Shown here piece after piece: positions 34,764 through 46,013 of a stretch of DNA of 64,000 nucleotides. Position 1 is the stretch's first letter. Every line of letters starts with the position of its first letter. Where the stretch lies: positions 310,001-374,000 of the forward strand of contig OZ361259.1 in assembly GCA_977018835.1 (NCBI GenBank), read 5' to 3'. This DNA comes from Minutocellus sp. GHC0000111. Lineage: Eukaryota. The notes below the pieces were generated by a model. The model was not told the DNA's origin. It saw only the letters and a list, made by a program, of their open reading frames with translations, and did no database searches. A program made the position numbers and the translations under genes.

Positions 34764-35151
34764 TTTGCTCTTACTGCTGCTGCTCAGTATGGTGTTGGCG
34801 TTGTTGTTTGTTTTGCGTCAAGTAGAAATATGGCGGGAGGGATGTTATGAATGAGTGAGAGTTTGCTACTTTTTGACTTGCACAGTTCTGCGAACCGAAC
34901 CCTCGGTGTGGAAAAGCTCGCGCGGATCTGCTTTAGAGGGATATGGTTTTGCGAGTATAATAAAGCCCAAAACGCAAATGACCGCGCAAGAAGATTCGAG
35001 TTGCGCGCGCGGCGCATCAAGCATCGCACATCGACGCGAAGGATCGTCACAAGTGAAATCCAACAACACGAAAACCGGCAGAGCCAACCTCCAGTTGCTG
35101 CATCCGATCCCGCGATCACCGCTACTCCCACTCGCACACCCAATCACAATC

Positions 35152-37837
35152 ATGTCCGCCTCCCCCGCCAAGAAGAAGGTGAAGCAGGAAGCCCTCGACG
35201 CCGCCCTGTCCGTCATGACGGACGCCGCCAATCCGGCCCTGTGCGACGTCACCATCGTCTGCACTACCGATGACCACCAGGCCGCCTACTGGACCAAGCG
35301 GCTGTCCGAGGGGGTTTGCCACTCGCCCTCCTCTACCTCTGCCGACGACTCCTCGCCCTTCCCCCTCGTCCTGGCCGTGTCTGAGGACTGGTCCGCCGGC
35401 GGTGCCGGAAACGGCCTCGGCACTCTTCATGCCTACACCAAGGCCGCCAAGGTGGCCAAGGACCGGCACGGAGTCGACCTCGACACCCAGCTGCGGGAGG
35501 GCAAGATTTCGGCCGCCCTCTGCCACACGGCCGGGAAGGGCACCCGCCTGGCGCCCCTGCCGGCCAGCGAGAACAACAACAAGCCTGGAGTGGTGAGTGG
35601 TGTAATGGTTGGGAGGCAGTGGTGCATGTTAGAGCAAACTCAACTTTGCACATAAATCATCATGTGCCGATAATTGATTTTTGACACTCCGGTCATTTGT
35701 TTATTTGCGGCATTGCAATTGCAATTGCATTTGTGAAGGGAGTCTTGGAAATGTCGGGCGGCCAATCACCACACACATGCACATGTGCACACACACATGT
35801 TAGTCCCAAAATGCGCACTGTCCCAGTTCGCGAACTGGGATCCCAGTTTGCGAACTAGGACTTATTTGTCCCAGTTTGGAAACTGGGATCACAGGCACAA
35901 TCTCAGTTTGCAAACTGGGATCAATCGAGAAATGATGAATGTTTAGCATGGATGATGTCGCCTTTGCTTCTCCTCGCTTAATTTTTTCATAGTGAAGCAA
36001 CACAGCCCAAACCTAGTCCAGACGTCCAGACGACATTAGTGCCGGAGCTGACACTCAATAAATTGGCATTAGCTGATGCTAAACACACACAGTGAATAAA
36101 TAACAATGTCTAGCTAGCTGCTTCTGGCAAACATAAGTCATGAACTGTACATGCATCTGTGCTATGCCGGCATCATGTTGCTACTGTACCAGTGCATGTA
36201 GCTTGCAAATTCAAGATATGATGCACAGTGCAACTTGTGTTGTAGATAGATCTACCAGTGCATAATCATTGTGCATGAGCCAACACCGGCAGTTACCATT
36301 CTGACACTTGCCGAGAATGCCAGTTTCCAAACTGGTATTCATTTTTGTTCCAGTTCGCGAACTCGTCTGGTTCCCAAATTCGGATTGGCGTGTTTATCTC
36401 AGTTTCCATTCTGGTAGTATCAGTGCGCAAACTGAGATCCTAGTTTGGGAACTGGGGCCCAGTGCGCAAACTGGGATAAATGAATCTCAGTTCGCAAACT
36501 GGGATCCCAGTTCGCGAACTGGGACAGTGCGCATTTTGGGACTAACATATACATATCGTTGCTTGCATTCATCTCACCGTTCATGATCTCATTTTGTGCT
36601 CCTGCCCGTCCGATAGAAACTCCCCGTCTGCCACAAGCTGAGCGACGGATCGTTCGAGCCCATGACCGTCCTGGAGGCCGTCGTCAAGCAGACGGGCATC
36701 TACGCCCCGTCCCGCAAGGGACGTCTGTCGGTGTTCTGGGGCGACCAGGTATTCATCCCCTCGGCCGCCTTCTCCTACGCCCCGACCCACCACGTCGACA
36801 TCATGTGCACCCTCCTCGGCGACACGGCCCCGACGGCCGAGGAGTGGTCCGAGCAGGGACTCGACAAGTACGGCGTCATTGCCGTGTCCAAGGGGGAGGG
36901 ACGGGATGCCGCCCAGGTGGAGAAGGTCGACCATGCCACGGCCGTCAAGATGCTGCAAAGTCTCGGTGACATTGGTCAGGTCGGACCCAGCCTGGGTTCC
37001 TTCTCCGTTTCGGCCTCCATGCTCGAAGCGCTCTGTGCGGAGTATGCCTCGGAGTTATCCGCCAAGGCTGGAAAGTTCGACACCGACCCCCACTTTTGGA
37101 TGCCCCTGACGTTGCCCGAGGAGGCCTACGTGTCCCTCATGGGCCAAAAGGGAGTCGATGCCGCCGTATCCAAGGCCCATCACGAGCGCATGGCCAAGAT
37201 GAAGGCCGCGTTCGACCTTGGGACCATGGGCCTGTTCGGTGCCGTCGACGTTGGGTCCGATGCCGCCTGGTGGGACTACGGTCAGCTCAAGTTGTATTAC
37301 AAGAACAACATTAGTCTGACCGACTTTGACGACAAGACGGCCGACCTGTACCGTCGCTTTCTGGGTGTCAAGGCGGCCAAGGAGAACTCGACGATCGGTG
37401 ATGCCGTCAAGGTTGATGACAAGTCCTGCGTCTTTTCCTCGACGGTCAAGGACTCTGGTTCGATTACCAATTCGGTGTTGGCGTCTGTGAATGCTCTGAG
37501 TGTGGAGGCAGATGGTGCCATCATTGTCAACTGCCCCGCCAAGTCGATCAAGGCTGGCAAGAACGCGGTCCTGTACAACATCGTGGATGACTCCGAGGAG
37601 GGCATCGTCGCTGGAGAGGGAGATGTCATTGTGAGCGTCACCGAGGAGGATGGTACCATGATGGAGTTGAAGAGCAAGCATTCCATTTGTGGCGGCAAGG
37701 CCTGGAAGCAGGTTCTGGATGGCAACACCATGTCGTTCGAGGACGTCCATGGCAAGAACAAGGATGCCAACGTGTCGGCTATTGAGACCAAGAGGAAGCA
37801 CCTTCACAAGCAGGCAAGTGCGTCGTTCGGCATCTAA
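35152..37837 (+). CDS. Nucleotide-sugar pyrophosphorylase-like protein; intron 35593-36616 contains a MITE
   Basis: HTAGKGTRLAPL (NTP-transferase N-terminal motif), FWGDQ and WWDYGQ; splicing joins NNKPGV-KLPVC in frame. Confidence 0.75.
35797..36548. mobile_element. 752-bp non-autonomous TIR element (MITE) with palindromic subterminal repeats
   Basis: 60-bp perfect TIRs (35797-35856, 36489-36548); many copies of CCCAGTTyGCrAACTGGG near both ends; TSD not resolved. Confidence 0.9.
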
Positions 37838-38047
37838 AATTTCGCTTTATGAATCGACTTTGCACGATGCATGGCGCGATATATTATGATAATAGATTGC
37901 TGCATGATCTGGATGGCTTTTTCCAATATTGCAAGATGGGGTCTTTAGATATATTACTAAACTCTTAGACGAACGCATCACACTCGCACGAGGAGCTATC
38001 GTACGAAAATTACCACATACATGAGGAACCACTGCATAGCTACGTAG

Positions 38048-38713
38048 CTAGCTCTCCTTCAAAGTTTTCTCCGTATCCCTGGCCCATTTCGGCACATCCT
38101 TCTCAGCCGCCAGTCTCAACGCCTTGGCCGCGGCAGCATTGCCCATGTCCGGCATGCCCGATTCCGGCTGCGTTTTGTAGGTTTCCGTCCACGCTGCGTC
38201 GCTCTGGCCGAGCTCAATTTCTACGCCCTGTCCCACCACATACGACGAACAGGTAAGGACGAATCCCTTCTTGCGCAAGTTGTCACCGACGGCTGGTGCG
38301 AGACCATCGTCTCCACGCACAATGCTCGACGATCCCTCCTTGACCAGACCGGAGCAAGTCAGGCAATTGCCACGTTGGCAATCGAACGGCAATGAAGACA
38401 TTGACAGGGACGATCGATTCCGTTCGAGCGCCATTAGAATCGTTTCGTGTGGTTGCACGAAAACACTTGCCGTCCGCCCCTCGTGTGATATCTCCACCAT
38501 GTGCCCTTCTACTCTTGGTGCTGGTGCCGGTGTTGTTGTGGCGTCGGCGTCCGTTTCCGCAGATGTGGCATCACCCGCTCGATCTGCAGCTGGCAAGCGT
38601 AAGCAGCGAGGCCGCCTGAGATCACGAGGAATTGGCCTGGCCATAAATGAGTCCGCGGCCGGAGGCATGCACACAGCCACTGCTGCAGTAATTGGTATTA
38701 GACGAGCCTTCAT
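38048..38713 (-). CDS. 2Fe-2S ferredoxin-domain protein, probably plastid-targeted
   Basis: CQRGNCLTC...VLTC cluster motif; signal peptide ending ADS-FM. Confidence 0.85.
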   Translation of the reverse strand: MKARLIPITAAVAVCMPPAADSFMARPIPRDLRRPRCLRLPAADRAGDATSAETDADATTTPAPAPRVEGHMVEISHEGRTASVFVQPHETILMALERNRSSLSMSSLPFDCQRGNCLTCSGLVKEGSSSIVRGDDGLAPAVGDNLRKKGFVLTCSSYVVGQGVEIELGQSDAAWTETYKTQPESGMPDMGNAAAAKALRLAAEKDVPKWARDTEKTLKES

Positions 38714-38814
38714 TACTTCATTGCTGACAAATGATAACGAAACGGCTTCGCTCGAAAGCTGCAATGTGGTATGGCGCCGTTCTTGGCTGGTCTGCTAGGC
38801 CTACGTACGGGCTC

Positions 38815-39053
38815 TAGTCTTAGGGAAACCTGGGGGGACTTTCCGGGTTACCCCTAAACCTGGGATTTCCCCCAGGATTTCTGAGTTTGCCCCCCGCCCC
38901 TACGCACGTGTTACTAGTAGTAGCTACTATTAAGAATTCCTCGTACATGGGGGCATTTTGCCGTTTTTCCGAGGGACCCCAGGATCCCAGGTTAATCCTG
39001 GGGGTTTGCCCCCCAGTATTTCTGGAAATTACCCCCAGGTTTCCCTATGACTA
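38815..39053. mobile_element. 239-bp hAT-type MITE
   Basis: 22-bp TIRs TAGTC(T/A)TAGGGAAACCTGGGGG with 1 mismatch; perfect 8-bp TSD ACGGGCTC at 38807-38814 and 39054-39061. Confidence 0.92.
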
Positions 39054-39314
39054 ACGGGCTCGTAGTTTGGTTGTTTTTTGGTTGGCTCTCGGGAAGGTCC
39101 GGAATTCAGGTGTTGTTACCACACTACAAGCGTGAAAAGCGAATGTTCAGCATAGAGTCTATGGCGAATGATTGAGTTCCATACCCTCATCTTCCCGCGC
39201 CGGCCACTGACGCATCGAAATGCTTCCAAATGCTTCGAGAGCCTGATTGATCATCGTACTCGTTCGAGCCTGATTGATCATACTTCTTGCTGTCGTCTTG
39301 CATTTCACAATTTA

Positions 39315-39773
39315 ATGGGAAACATGACCATGCACACCCAGGCTCTGAGAGCCACCGCCACCCTCAGCATTCTGCTATGGAGCAAAGTCGCGTTTACAAA
39401 TCTTGGTTTGGGTGGGGCGAAAAATAATGCCGGAGGCAGAGCACCCGAGGATACCAGAAATCGGCAGATGAGGTAACCGAGGAGGCCAAGGTTGCCCAAT
39501 AACAATGATCTAGAGAACATTCCCTACACCATGGTCCTGGCCTGGGGCTCCATGTTTTGCATTTTCTTTATGGAGGATGAATCCGTTCGAGATCAGCACG
39601 CCATGGCACAAATCATTCTGTACAGCTTGTTTGTTGTGGCGAGGATTGGTCATTCGATCGCATATGCAAAGGGACTTGCATATCCACGAACTGCCGTTTG
39701 GATGCTGGGATTTATGTGCACATTCGCCATCGGCATCAACGGAGCTGTTGCATCGTTCGGTGTGATTTCCTAA
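39315..39773 (+). pseudogene. MAPEG / microsomal glutathione S-transferase-like gene with two deletions
   Basis: GGRAPEDT, NNDLENIPY and VARIGHSIAY motifs in different frames; shifts at ~39455 and ~39500; the usual R-x-x-R segment before NDLEN is missing. Confidence 0.8.
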
Positions 39774-39972
39774 CTTTTTTTTTTCATTTGTTTGGGCCAG
39801 TTTGGATCGAATATGCTTCTCCTGCAAGAAAGAGAACAGGCACACATACGCAAATTCTGCAGATACTTGATGCGAACTATGTAGATTACAAGGTAGCTGA
39901 AAATGTGAGTACATATTCTAATATACTTATGCAATTATAATAACACATACTGTACAGTGTAAGGTGTATATG

Positions 39973-40929
39973 CTACCGTGATATCATCTCAGTCGATGGC
40001 ATCCCCTCTTGTTGTTCGTCGTTCTGAAAGCCATCGCCAGTGGTGTCACTCGTATTGGTTCCAGGGCTGGCATTCCCCACCTCGATATCGGTGACTTGAG
40101 GGAGAGCCTGCGGCACACCGATGCTCATTCGACTGGCATAGTACGGTCCAAGTGCCAGCTCCATCACACGGTCGCGTCCCAATACCTCCATCGCTGCTTC
40201 CTTCATTTGGTCACTGGTGATCATATTCTTACGGCAGCATGGGCACCCATCGTGGCGCTGGAGCCAGTCCAACAAACACTCCTTGTGAAACATGTGGTTG
40301 CAGTCTTCGCCCACAAAGACCTCGTCGGCATCGTCGTAATTATCGATGCATATTGCACAGGCTGTGTAGCTGTCGCTCTGAAATGGGTCATCTGCCACTG
40401 GTTCCTGTGATGGTGATGGTAGAGGCGTTTGTTGTGATTCGATATCTTGTTGCGTTGAATTGTCTGGGCTGGCGGTATTGTTACTACTTGTAGCGGCTGA
40501 CCTTTCTTTGGTGTCGGCATCGGCATTATGCCCATCACCTGTACCAACTGCTGCCATCTGCTTATATGTCTCATATGCCTTCCCCACAAGCATCTTATCC
40601 AACACCGATCGGCGCTCTGCGTCCGTCATGCCCGTCAGTCCAGCATCTCGCGCAACCTCCCCACCCTCCACATGCCTCAGCTCGTCCGTGTGCAACGCTC
40701 TCATCGCCGCGCAGCACCCACATCGTTGGCAGATGCGATCACATACCAAGGCACCGACGTAGACCAATGTAATCAGGGCTATTAGGATGGCAATTCCCGT
40801 AAGAAAGAGAATTGCGACATCCTTGGCGACCTGGGTATAATCAGTGGGGTTTGTGGAGGAAGTGCTTACAATTCCACCCTCATACTTGTCCCCGGTCGAA
40901 TACTTGCCAAAGTCGTAGTCTGAGGACAT
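39973..40929 (-). CDS. TM + RING-H2 E3 ubiquitin ligase (ATL-like)
   Basis: N-terminal TM; CAIC...CNHMFHKECLLDWL...CPCCR. Confidence 0.88.
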   Translation of the reverse strand: MSSDYDFGKYSTGDKYEGGIVSTSSTNPTDYTQVAKDVAILFLTGIAILIALITLVYVGALVCDRICQRCGCCAAMRALHTDELRHVEGGEVARDAGLTGMTDAERRSVLDKMLVGKAYETYKQMAAVGTGDGHNADADTKERSAATSSNNTASPDNSTQQDIESQQTPLPSPSQEPVADDPFQSDSYTACAICIDNYDDADEVFVGEDCNHMFHKECLLDWLQRHDGCPCCRKNMITSDQMKEAAMEVLGRDRVMELALGPYYASRMSIGVPQALPQVTDIEVGNASPGTNTSDTTGDGFQNDEQQEGMPSTEMISR

Positions 40930-41436
40930 GCTGGTTGTTGTGAGATCAAAGTGTGGCCAATAGAGCTAGGAGAGTGCTTGGCCGTTTCGTCGTTTCGTTG
41001 CGTGTAAGTTGAGATCGAGTTGGAACTTGAAATGCGTCTGTCGACAACTCACTGCGACGGGTCGGTCGGGTCGTATCAAATCTCTGGGAGGAAAAGGGCC
41101 GTCGGGTGGGGAAAATAATCAGTCCGATTTTGTCCTCTGGAAAAATCCCGCACGGTCGATAGATAATCGGCGAAATGATACGCGTCTTGGCGGGTATCCA
41201 AGTATGGTATTCACGCAAGAGAGAGTGTGGGGGGCTGCTATTTGAAGCTATGAGAGAGAGTAGCAGTGTTCGACTTCGGTTCTGCATGCGACTATGCCCA
41301 TGACTCATTCATGGTCTCATCAGCATCTCATCATTTATTCAATCCCCTTTGTGGGTACCGCACGGTGGGGATGAGCTGGCGACGGTGGTTAGCAGCAGGC
41401 ACTAAAACTGCATTCCTGTAGTGCCCAGTTTTTCTG

Positions 41437-41490
41437 CTGACCACCACCTTCGCCTCCTCTCGTCTGACCACCACCTTCGCCTCCTCTCGT
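41437..41490. repeat. Perfect 27-bp tandem duplication
   Basis: CTGACCACCACCTTCGCCTCCTCTCGT x2. Confidence 0.9.
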
Positions 41491-41797
41491 CTCAACTGAC
41501 CAAGCCACAACCATCTGCGATTGCTGCCGTTGCAATTGCTAAGTCAGCTTACGGTACCGGCTCCCAGAGCCTGTCTCTCTCTCTCAGTAGTTAGTTAGTT
41601 TTAAATTCCCTCAAACCGCCTCCTCACCCTCTAAGAAGTTTCATTTACCGCCGGCCGGATTTCTTTCACATGTTATTATGCCACGTCATCTGGAAAGACC
41701 ATCCACTTTCCTCAGCTCCAGCCAGGCGGTTTTCTCACGCGATGGCGAAGGCACCCGCAAATTAAATACACTCCATTAGCCCACGCGCCACCCTAAA

Positions 41798-43170
41798 ATG
41801 AACGACGGCACCGCCGGCGCCGCCGCCGACTACGTGCACTCCTCCATCCCCGGCCGCCTTCTGGCCAGCTCCAACGGAGTAATCTCCCGAGCACTCAACA
41901 ACCTGTCTTACACGGCGGACGACCGTGCTGGAACCGGTGCCACGTGTTCGTCCACGGCCGCCCTGGGTGGTCTGGCCTACTCGGACCTGCCGTGCGAATG
42001 CGGTCCCGACGGACGTCTGTTGGGGTCGGCCGCAGCATATATTCTGAAATGGACCAAGGTGGCCATCAAGAAGACGGCCAATGCGTACCTTTCTAGCCCA
42101 ATTCTTTTGGCGTTGCTACCGCTTTTAGTCGGTTGTGCCGTTGGGTTTGTCGTGGCATGGTGGTGGCTCGGAGGGAGCAGCTGTAGCAAAGACAAGAATA
42201 TTGATGGACAAACGAGGACTCATCACAAGAAAGGAATTTTGGTCAGTGGTCAAAGTAGTCGAGCCTGGGATTTTCGGTCATCAATACTCCTACTGACCAC
42301 GGCGACACAAGCAATGCTGGAATCATCGGTGCACGCAGTCACCACATCATACTGCTCCAAGAACGAGAACGAAAATGACAATGACACCGAATTGGCGCGA
42401 CGAGAAGACGCGACTCGGCGGCAACTTTCCAGCAATGCCAACACGACACGGGAAGCGACGTGCCTCTCTCCTCGGTACCTAAGCACATCGCCGTCATCAT
42501 GGATGGCAATCGTCGGTACGGACGGCAGCGGTACGGCAGTGCCACGCGAGGACATTGGGATGGGTCCAAAACCCTCGCCGACTTTGCCGAATGGTGCATT
42601 GCCGAGGGGGTGAAGGTTCTGACGGTTTATGCCTTCTCGACGGAAAATTGGGATCGCGATCCTGACGAGGTTGCCGCTCTCATGGCGAAATTTGTACGGT
42701 ATTGCGACGAATTGAGAGAGGAGGCGCTGGTACGGGGCATACGGCTGCGGGTCTTGTCCACCGAGACTGATCGGATACCACCCGACGTGGCAGCGGGATT
42801 GAAGCGCATGGTGGAGGAGACTGCGCACTGTGACAGGTTTTTGATGAACATTTGTCTGAGTTATGGAAGTCGTGGAGAGATTGTCAACGCGTGTCGATCT
42901 GTGGCCACCGATGTGCAGCAAGGGGAGCTCCATGCCTCGGATATTACCGAACACACATTTGGGAAGCGATTATTGATGAGCGATTGTCCTGATCCCGACA
43001 TTGTCATGCAAACAAGTGGAGAGATGAGGATAAGCAACTTCCTGCTTTGGCAGATGGCTTATTCTGAAATGTTTTTCCTTGAAAAGACGTGGCCGGAACT
43101 CACGAAGCAGGATTTAGTTGAGGTGATACAAGACTTTGCCAATGGAAGGCAACGGCGATTCGGAAAGTGA
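41798..43170 (+). pseudogene. cis-prenyltransferase (UPPS/DHDDS family) with a frameshift at ~42454
   Basis: PKHIAVIMDGNRRY, YAFSTENW and SGEMRISNFLLWQ motifs; N-terminal TM part is in another frame (GAA/AGC share one A); conserved RTSGE reads QTSGE (43009-43011). Confidence 0.8.
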
Positions 43171-43259
43171 ATTCATATATAGGAATCAGGCTTTTGCTTT
43201 CTTTGCTCATTGAAGTTCACAATATAAGCTTATCATTATCATATACTGTAGAAGAAACC

Positions 43260-45836
43260 TTAGCGGCACATGACACTTCCCAGCGCATTCCACTCCCAGT
43301 GGCTGAGCCGGCCGTCGCCGTTTTGATCTAGAATTTGCCACATTTCATCCCCATCGATTGGTTCGGCACCGGGAGGTAAATTATTGCTCACCTTTTCAAC
43401 TGCCGATTCCCATTCCTCCCTCGATATCCATCCCTCATGAGAAACATCAATCAGGGCAAATATGGCCTGCAGCCAGGAATTATTCTGGCCGTAGTCCGTG
43501 CAATCATCGGCTTCGCGGTCCTCGGCTGCAAACTTGTCGAGCGTATCGAGGATATTGATGCTCACCGGCAGTTCATCGGGGGCTAAATCTGGCTCCAGAG
43601 CCAGGGCAAGTGCCCGTCGCGGTGCATCTTGCAGCAAACCCTCCCCCCTCAAATTCAAGGTCCGAAAGAGTGCATCAATAGTATCCTCAAAGGGGAGCGA
43701 GTCAATGTCCTCCCCGAGCCAAATGGATAGATCCTTTAGCTCCTTCTCAAATGCAACTCGTCGGGTAGCGATGGCAGCTCTAAGTGATCGGCGCAAGGCG
43801 ATGGCATCCACCTTGGCTACCAACTTCATTTCGTCCCGCTTCAACAAATCTTCAAAACTCAGCAACGGATCGTCATCGTCCGTGGCGTACCTCACTATGC
43901 GATGTCGATAGCCTGGCATCAGTGTCAAAATTGCCCCATGGTTGAACCCCTGCTTGTAAGGATATCGCGATGCCGAAAACACGGTGAAGAACTCCAATGG
44001 CGGGTCATTGCCACCGGCGTTGTTTGTTTCTGACGGAGCAATCTCATATCGAGCACATCCCTTTTGGACTGGCTCGTGCGATCGTACCAGACGTTTCAAC
44101 CCACTCGACGTCAAGAATTGACGAATGATGTTGGCATCAAATCTGTATCCAGCTCCGCGACTTACATTGGGACTCCAGACCGCCGTGGCGGATGACGCTG
44201 TACCGGTCCTCTTCGAAAAATTTGGAGTCGTCGAGGCGAGCGAGGAATTGAGCAACGATCCGTCAAACTCGTCGAACTCCGGATCACTCCACACCATGGC
44301 CTCGACGATCTCCTCGACGGCATGATCTTGCTCACAGAGGCTCTCGAAGTGCTCACTACCGCTGCTGCCGCTACTGTTGCTGCCAATACTCTCACTCTCC
44401 CAGTCAATCCCCTTGTAATCGGCATGCGTTCGTATGGTCCTTGACACACCACATCCATCCCACCTGACAGTGTCTCGGATCATGTTAAGATCAATCCCCG
44501 GCGGGGGAGGTCCGCCGTGAACAATAAAGGAATCTTTCTCCACCACCGTCGCCAACGGCAGACTCATGAAGAAGTCATCCAACAGCGCCGAAAGCCGATC
44601 ACGAAACACCGATCCTCCGTACTTGTATTGAATTTCGGCCATGAGCCCGTACGCCACGCTGAGGGCAATGTCCTCGTGGTTGCCGCGGTTGACGGTGACA
44701 ATGTCGGGATAGGCCAACGACAGTGCGCATACGGTGGCAATGACCTCGACGCCGTTGTCTCCCCGATCGGCCAAATCGCCGTTGAATACAATTCGATTGG
44801 TCGGTGACGGCTCTCCGGTCAGGCCCAGGCCCGCCTCGCAGTCGGACAACGAGGCGTGCAGATCTCCCACCACGTGGATCTTGTCGTTGCTGGCCAAGGG
44901 TGGTATTGACACAATGCTCGGTCGCTGGCGGTAGTGTTCGGTGGCTGCTCGGAGCAACGATTCGATAGTCGACAGGTCGATCCGACGTCCACGTCTTGTC
45001 GAACGCAGCATGCTGGCAATGTCCTTCCGAGTGGGTTGGGTTGGATCAGACAACCGGAAGAAGGCCGGATCGGACGTATGGCCGTTGGTGGATAGGTTGG
45101 GCAGATGCTGCGCCGCCGTGCCGATTATTGGTCCTTCTGCCCCTGCAACTCCTAACTTGGCTGCTGATGATTCCATATCTTGCAAATCCACGCCGGGAGC
45201 CGGACGGGGCAGCAGCACCTCGAGGGACGAGACCAAGCGCGACACCCGCACGCCTTCGGCCTCTCGGGCCTTCTCCAGCGCCGCCAATAGCTGCCACGCC
45301 CCGTCGTGCAGTGCCTCGGCGTCCGTTGTGGTTGTGGTTGTGGCTGAGGATTTGGTTGTTGCTGTCTTGGCTGTGGACATTGTTGTCGATGAGAACCATC
45401 TGCTACTGCAGTGCATGCGCGTGCGAGGGCAGTCGAGCCTGCCCCATGATGTGCCAAATGCTGCACCTGTGCTCATTGCAGCGCTTGTTCGCATGTTCTC
45501 AGCGAGCATTGCCCTCCCGTCGGCAGAAGCAACCGCAGCAGCAGCAGCATTCTCATGGACACTCCTCCTACTACCGGCGCCACCGCCATACGAGTATGCC
45601 CCTCCTGCTCCTGCTTGTGCCGGACGTGCCGATTCGCTCCATGCATTGTTGATATTGTTGTTATTAGATGTGGCGATGGAAGATGAGGAACAGAGACATA
45701 CGCGGCAGGATCGGCCAACTTGGGATGGGCGTCGACTTGCGGCGACGTGACTATGTAGGAAGGATCGGCGCATTGCTTGGAAGAGAGGAGCACTGGCAGA
45801 AGCAGCGGCGGAGCGGGGGGCGGCCGTCGCCATCAT
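43260..45836 (-). CDS. PPP-family Ser/Thr phosphatase with C-terminal EF hands (PPEF/rdgC-like)
   Basis: GDLHA, NGDLADRG, RGNHE, HGG, RSHE and TVFSASRY motifs; EF hand DQNGDGRLSHWE; long low-complexity N-terminus. Confidence 0.85.
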   Translation of the reverse strand: MMATAAPRSAAASASAPLFQAMRRSFLHSHVAASRRPSQVGRSCRVCLCSSSSIATSNNNNINNAWSESARPAQAGAGGAYSYGGGAGSRRSVHENAAAAAVASADGRAMLAENMRTSAAMSTGAAFGTSWGRLDCPRTRMHCSSRWFSSTTMSTAKTATTKSSATTTTTTDAEALHDGAWQLLAALEKAREAEGVRVSRLVSSLEVLLPRPAPGVDLQDMESSAAKLGVAGAEGPIIGTAAQHLPNLSTNGHTSDPAFFRLSDPTQPTRKDIASMLRSTRRGRRIDLSTIESLLRAATEHYRQRPSIVSIPPLASNDKIHVVGDLHASLSDCEAGLGLTGEPSPTNRIVFNGDLADRGDNGVEVIATVCALSLAYPDIVTVNRGNHEDIALSVAYGLMAEIQYKYGGSVFRDRLSALLDDFFMSLPLATVVEKDSFIVHGGPPPPGIDLNMIRDTVRWDGCGVSRTIRTHADYKGIDWESESIGSNSSGSSGSEHFESLCEQDHAVEEIVEAMVWSDPEFDEFDGSLLNSSLASTTPNFSKRTGTASSATAVWSPNVSRGAGYRFDANIIRQFLTSSGLKRLVRSHEPVQKGCARYEIAPSETNNAGGNDPPLEFFTVFSASRYPYKQGFNHGAILTLMPGYRHRIVRYATDDDDPLLSFEDLLKRDEMKLVAKVDAIALRRSLRAAIATRRVAFEKELKDLSIWLGEDIDSLPFEDTIDALFRTLNLRGEGLLQDAPRRALALALEPDLAPDELPVSINILDTLDKFAAEDREADDCTDYGQNNSWLQAIFALIDVSHEGWISREEWESAVEKVSNNLPPGAEPIDGDEMWQILDQNGDGRLSHWEWNALGSVMCR

Positions 45837-46013
45837 TGTTGCTGTTGAGGAACCCGGATCGGATCGCGAGCAGCCAACTCTCACATCCGATGGCGCGGCG
45901 GCCTGGGCGGTGCTGACTTGCTACTAGACTAGTATCCGGTGCTCTCGTGCCATCATCCAATTCATGAGTTGCTCAGCAGGCCGTCCCTAGTTAGCATCAC
46001 CATTCATCGAGCG

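Noticed and set aside
35820..36530. Repeated palindromes resembling a CRISPR array
   Set aside because: No regular repeat-spacer period and no cas genes; the repeats sit symmetrically inside TIRs, so this is a MITE.
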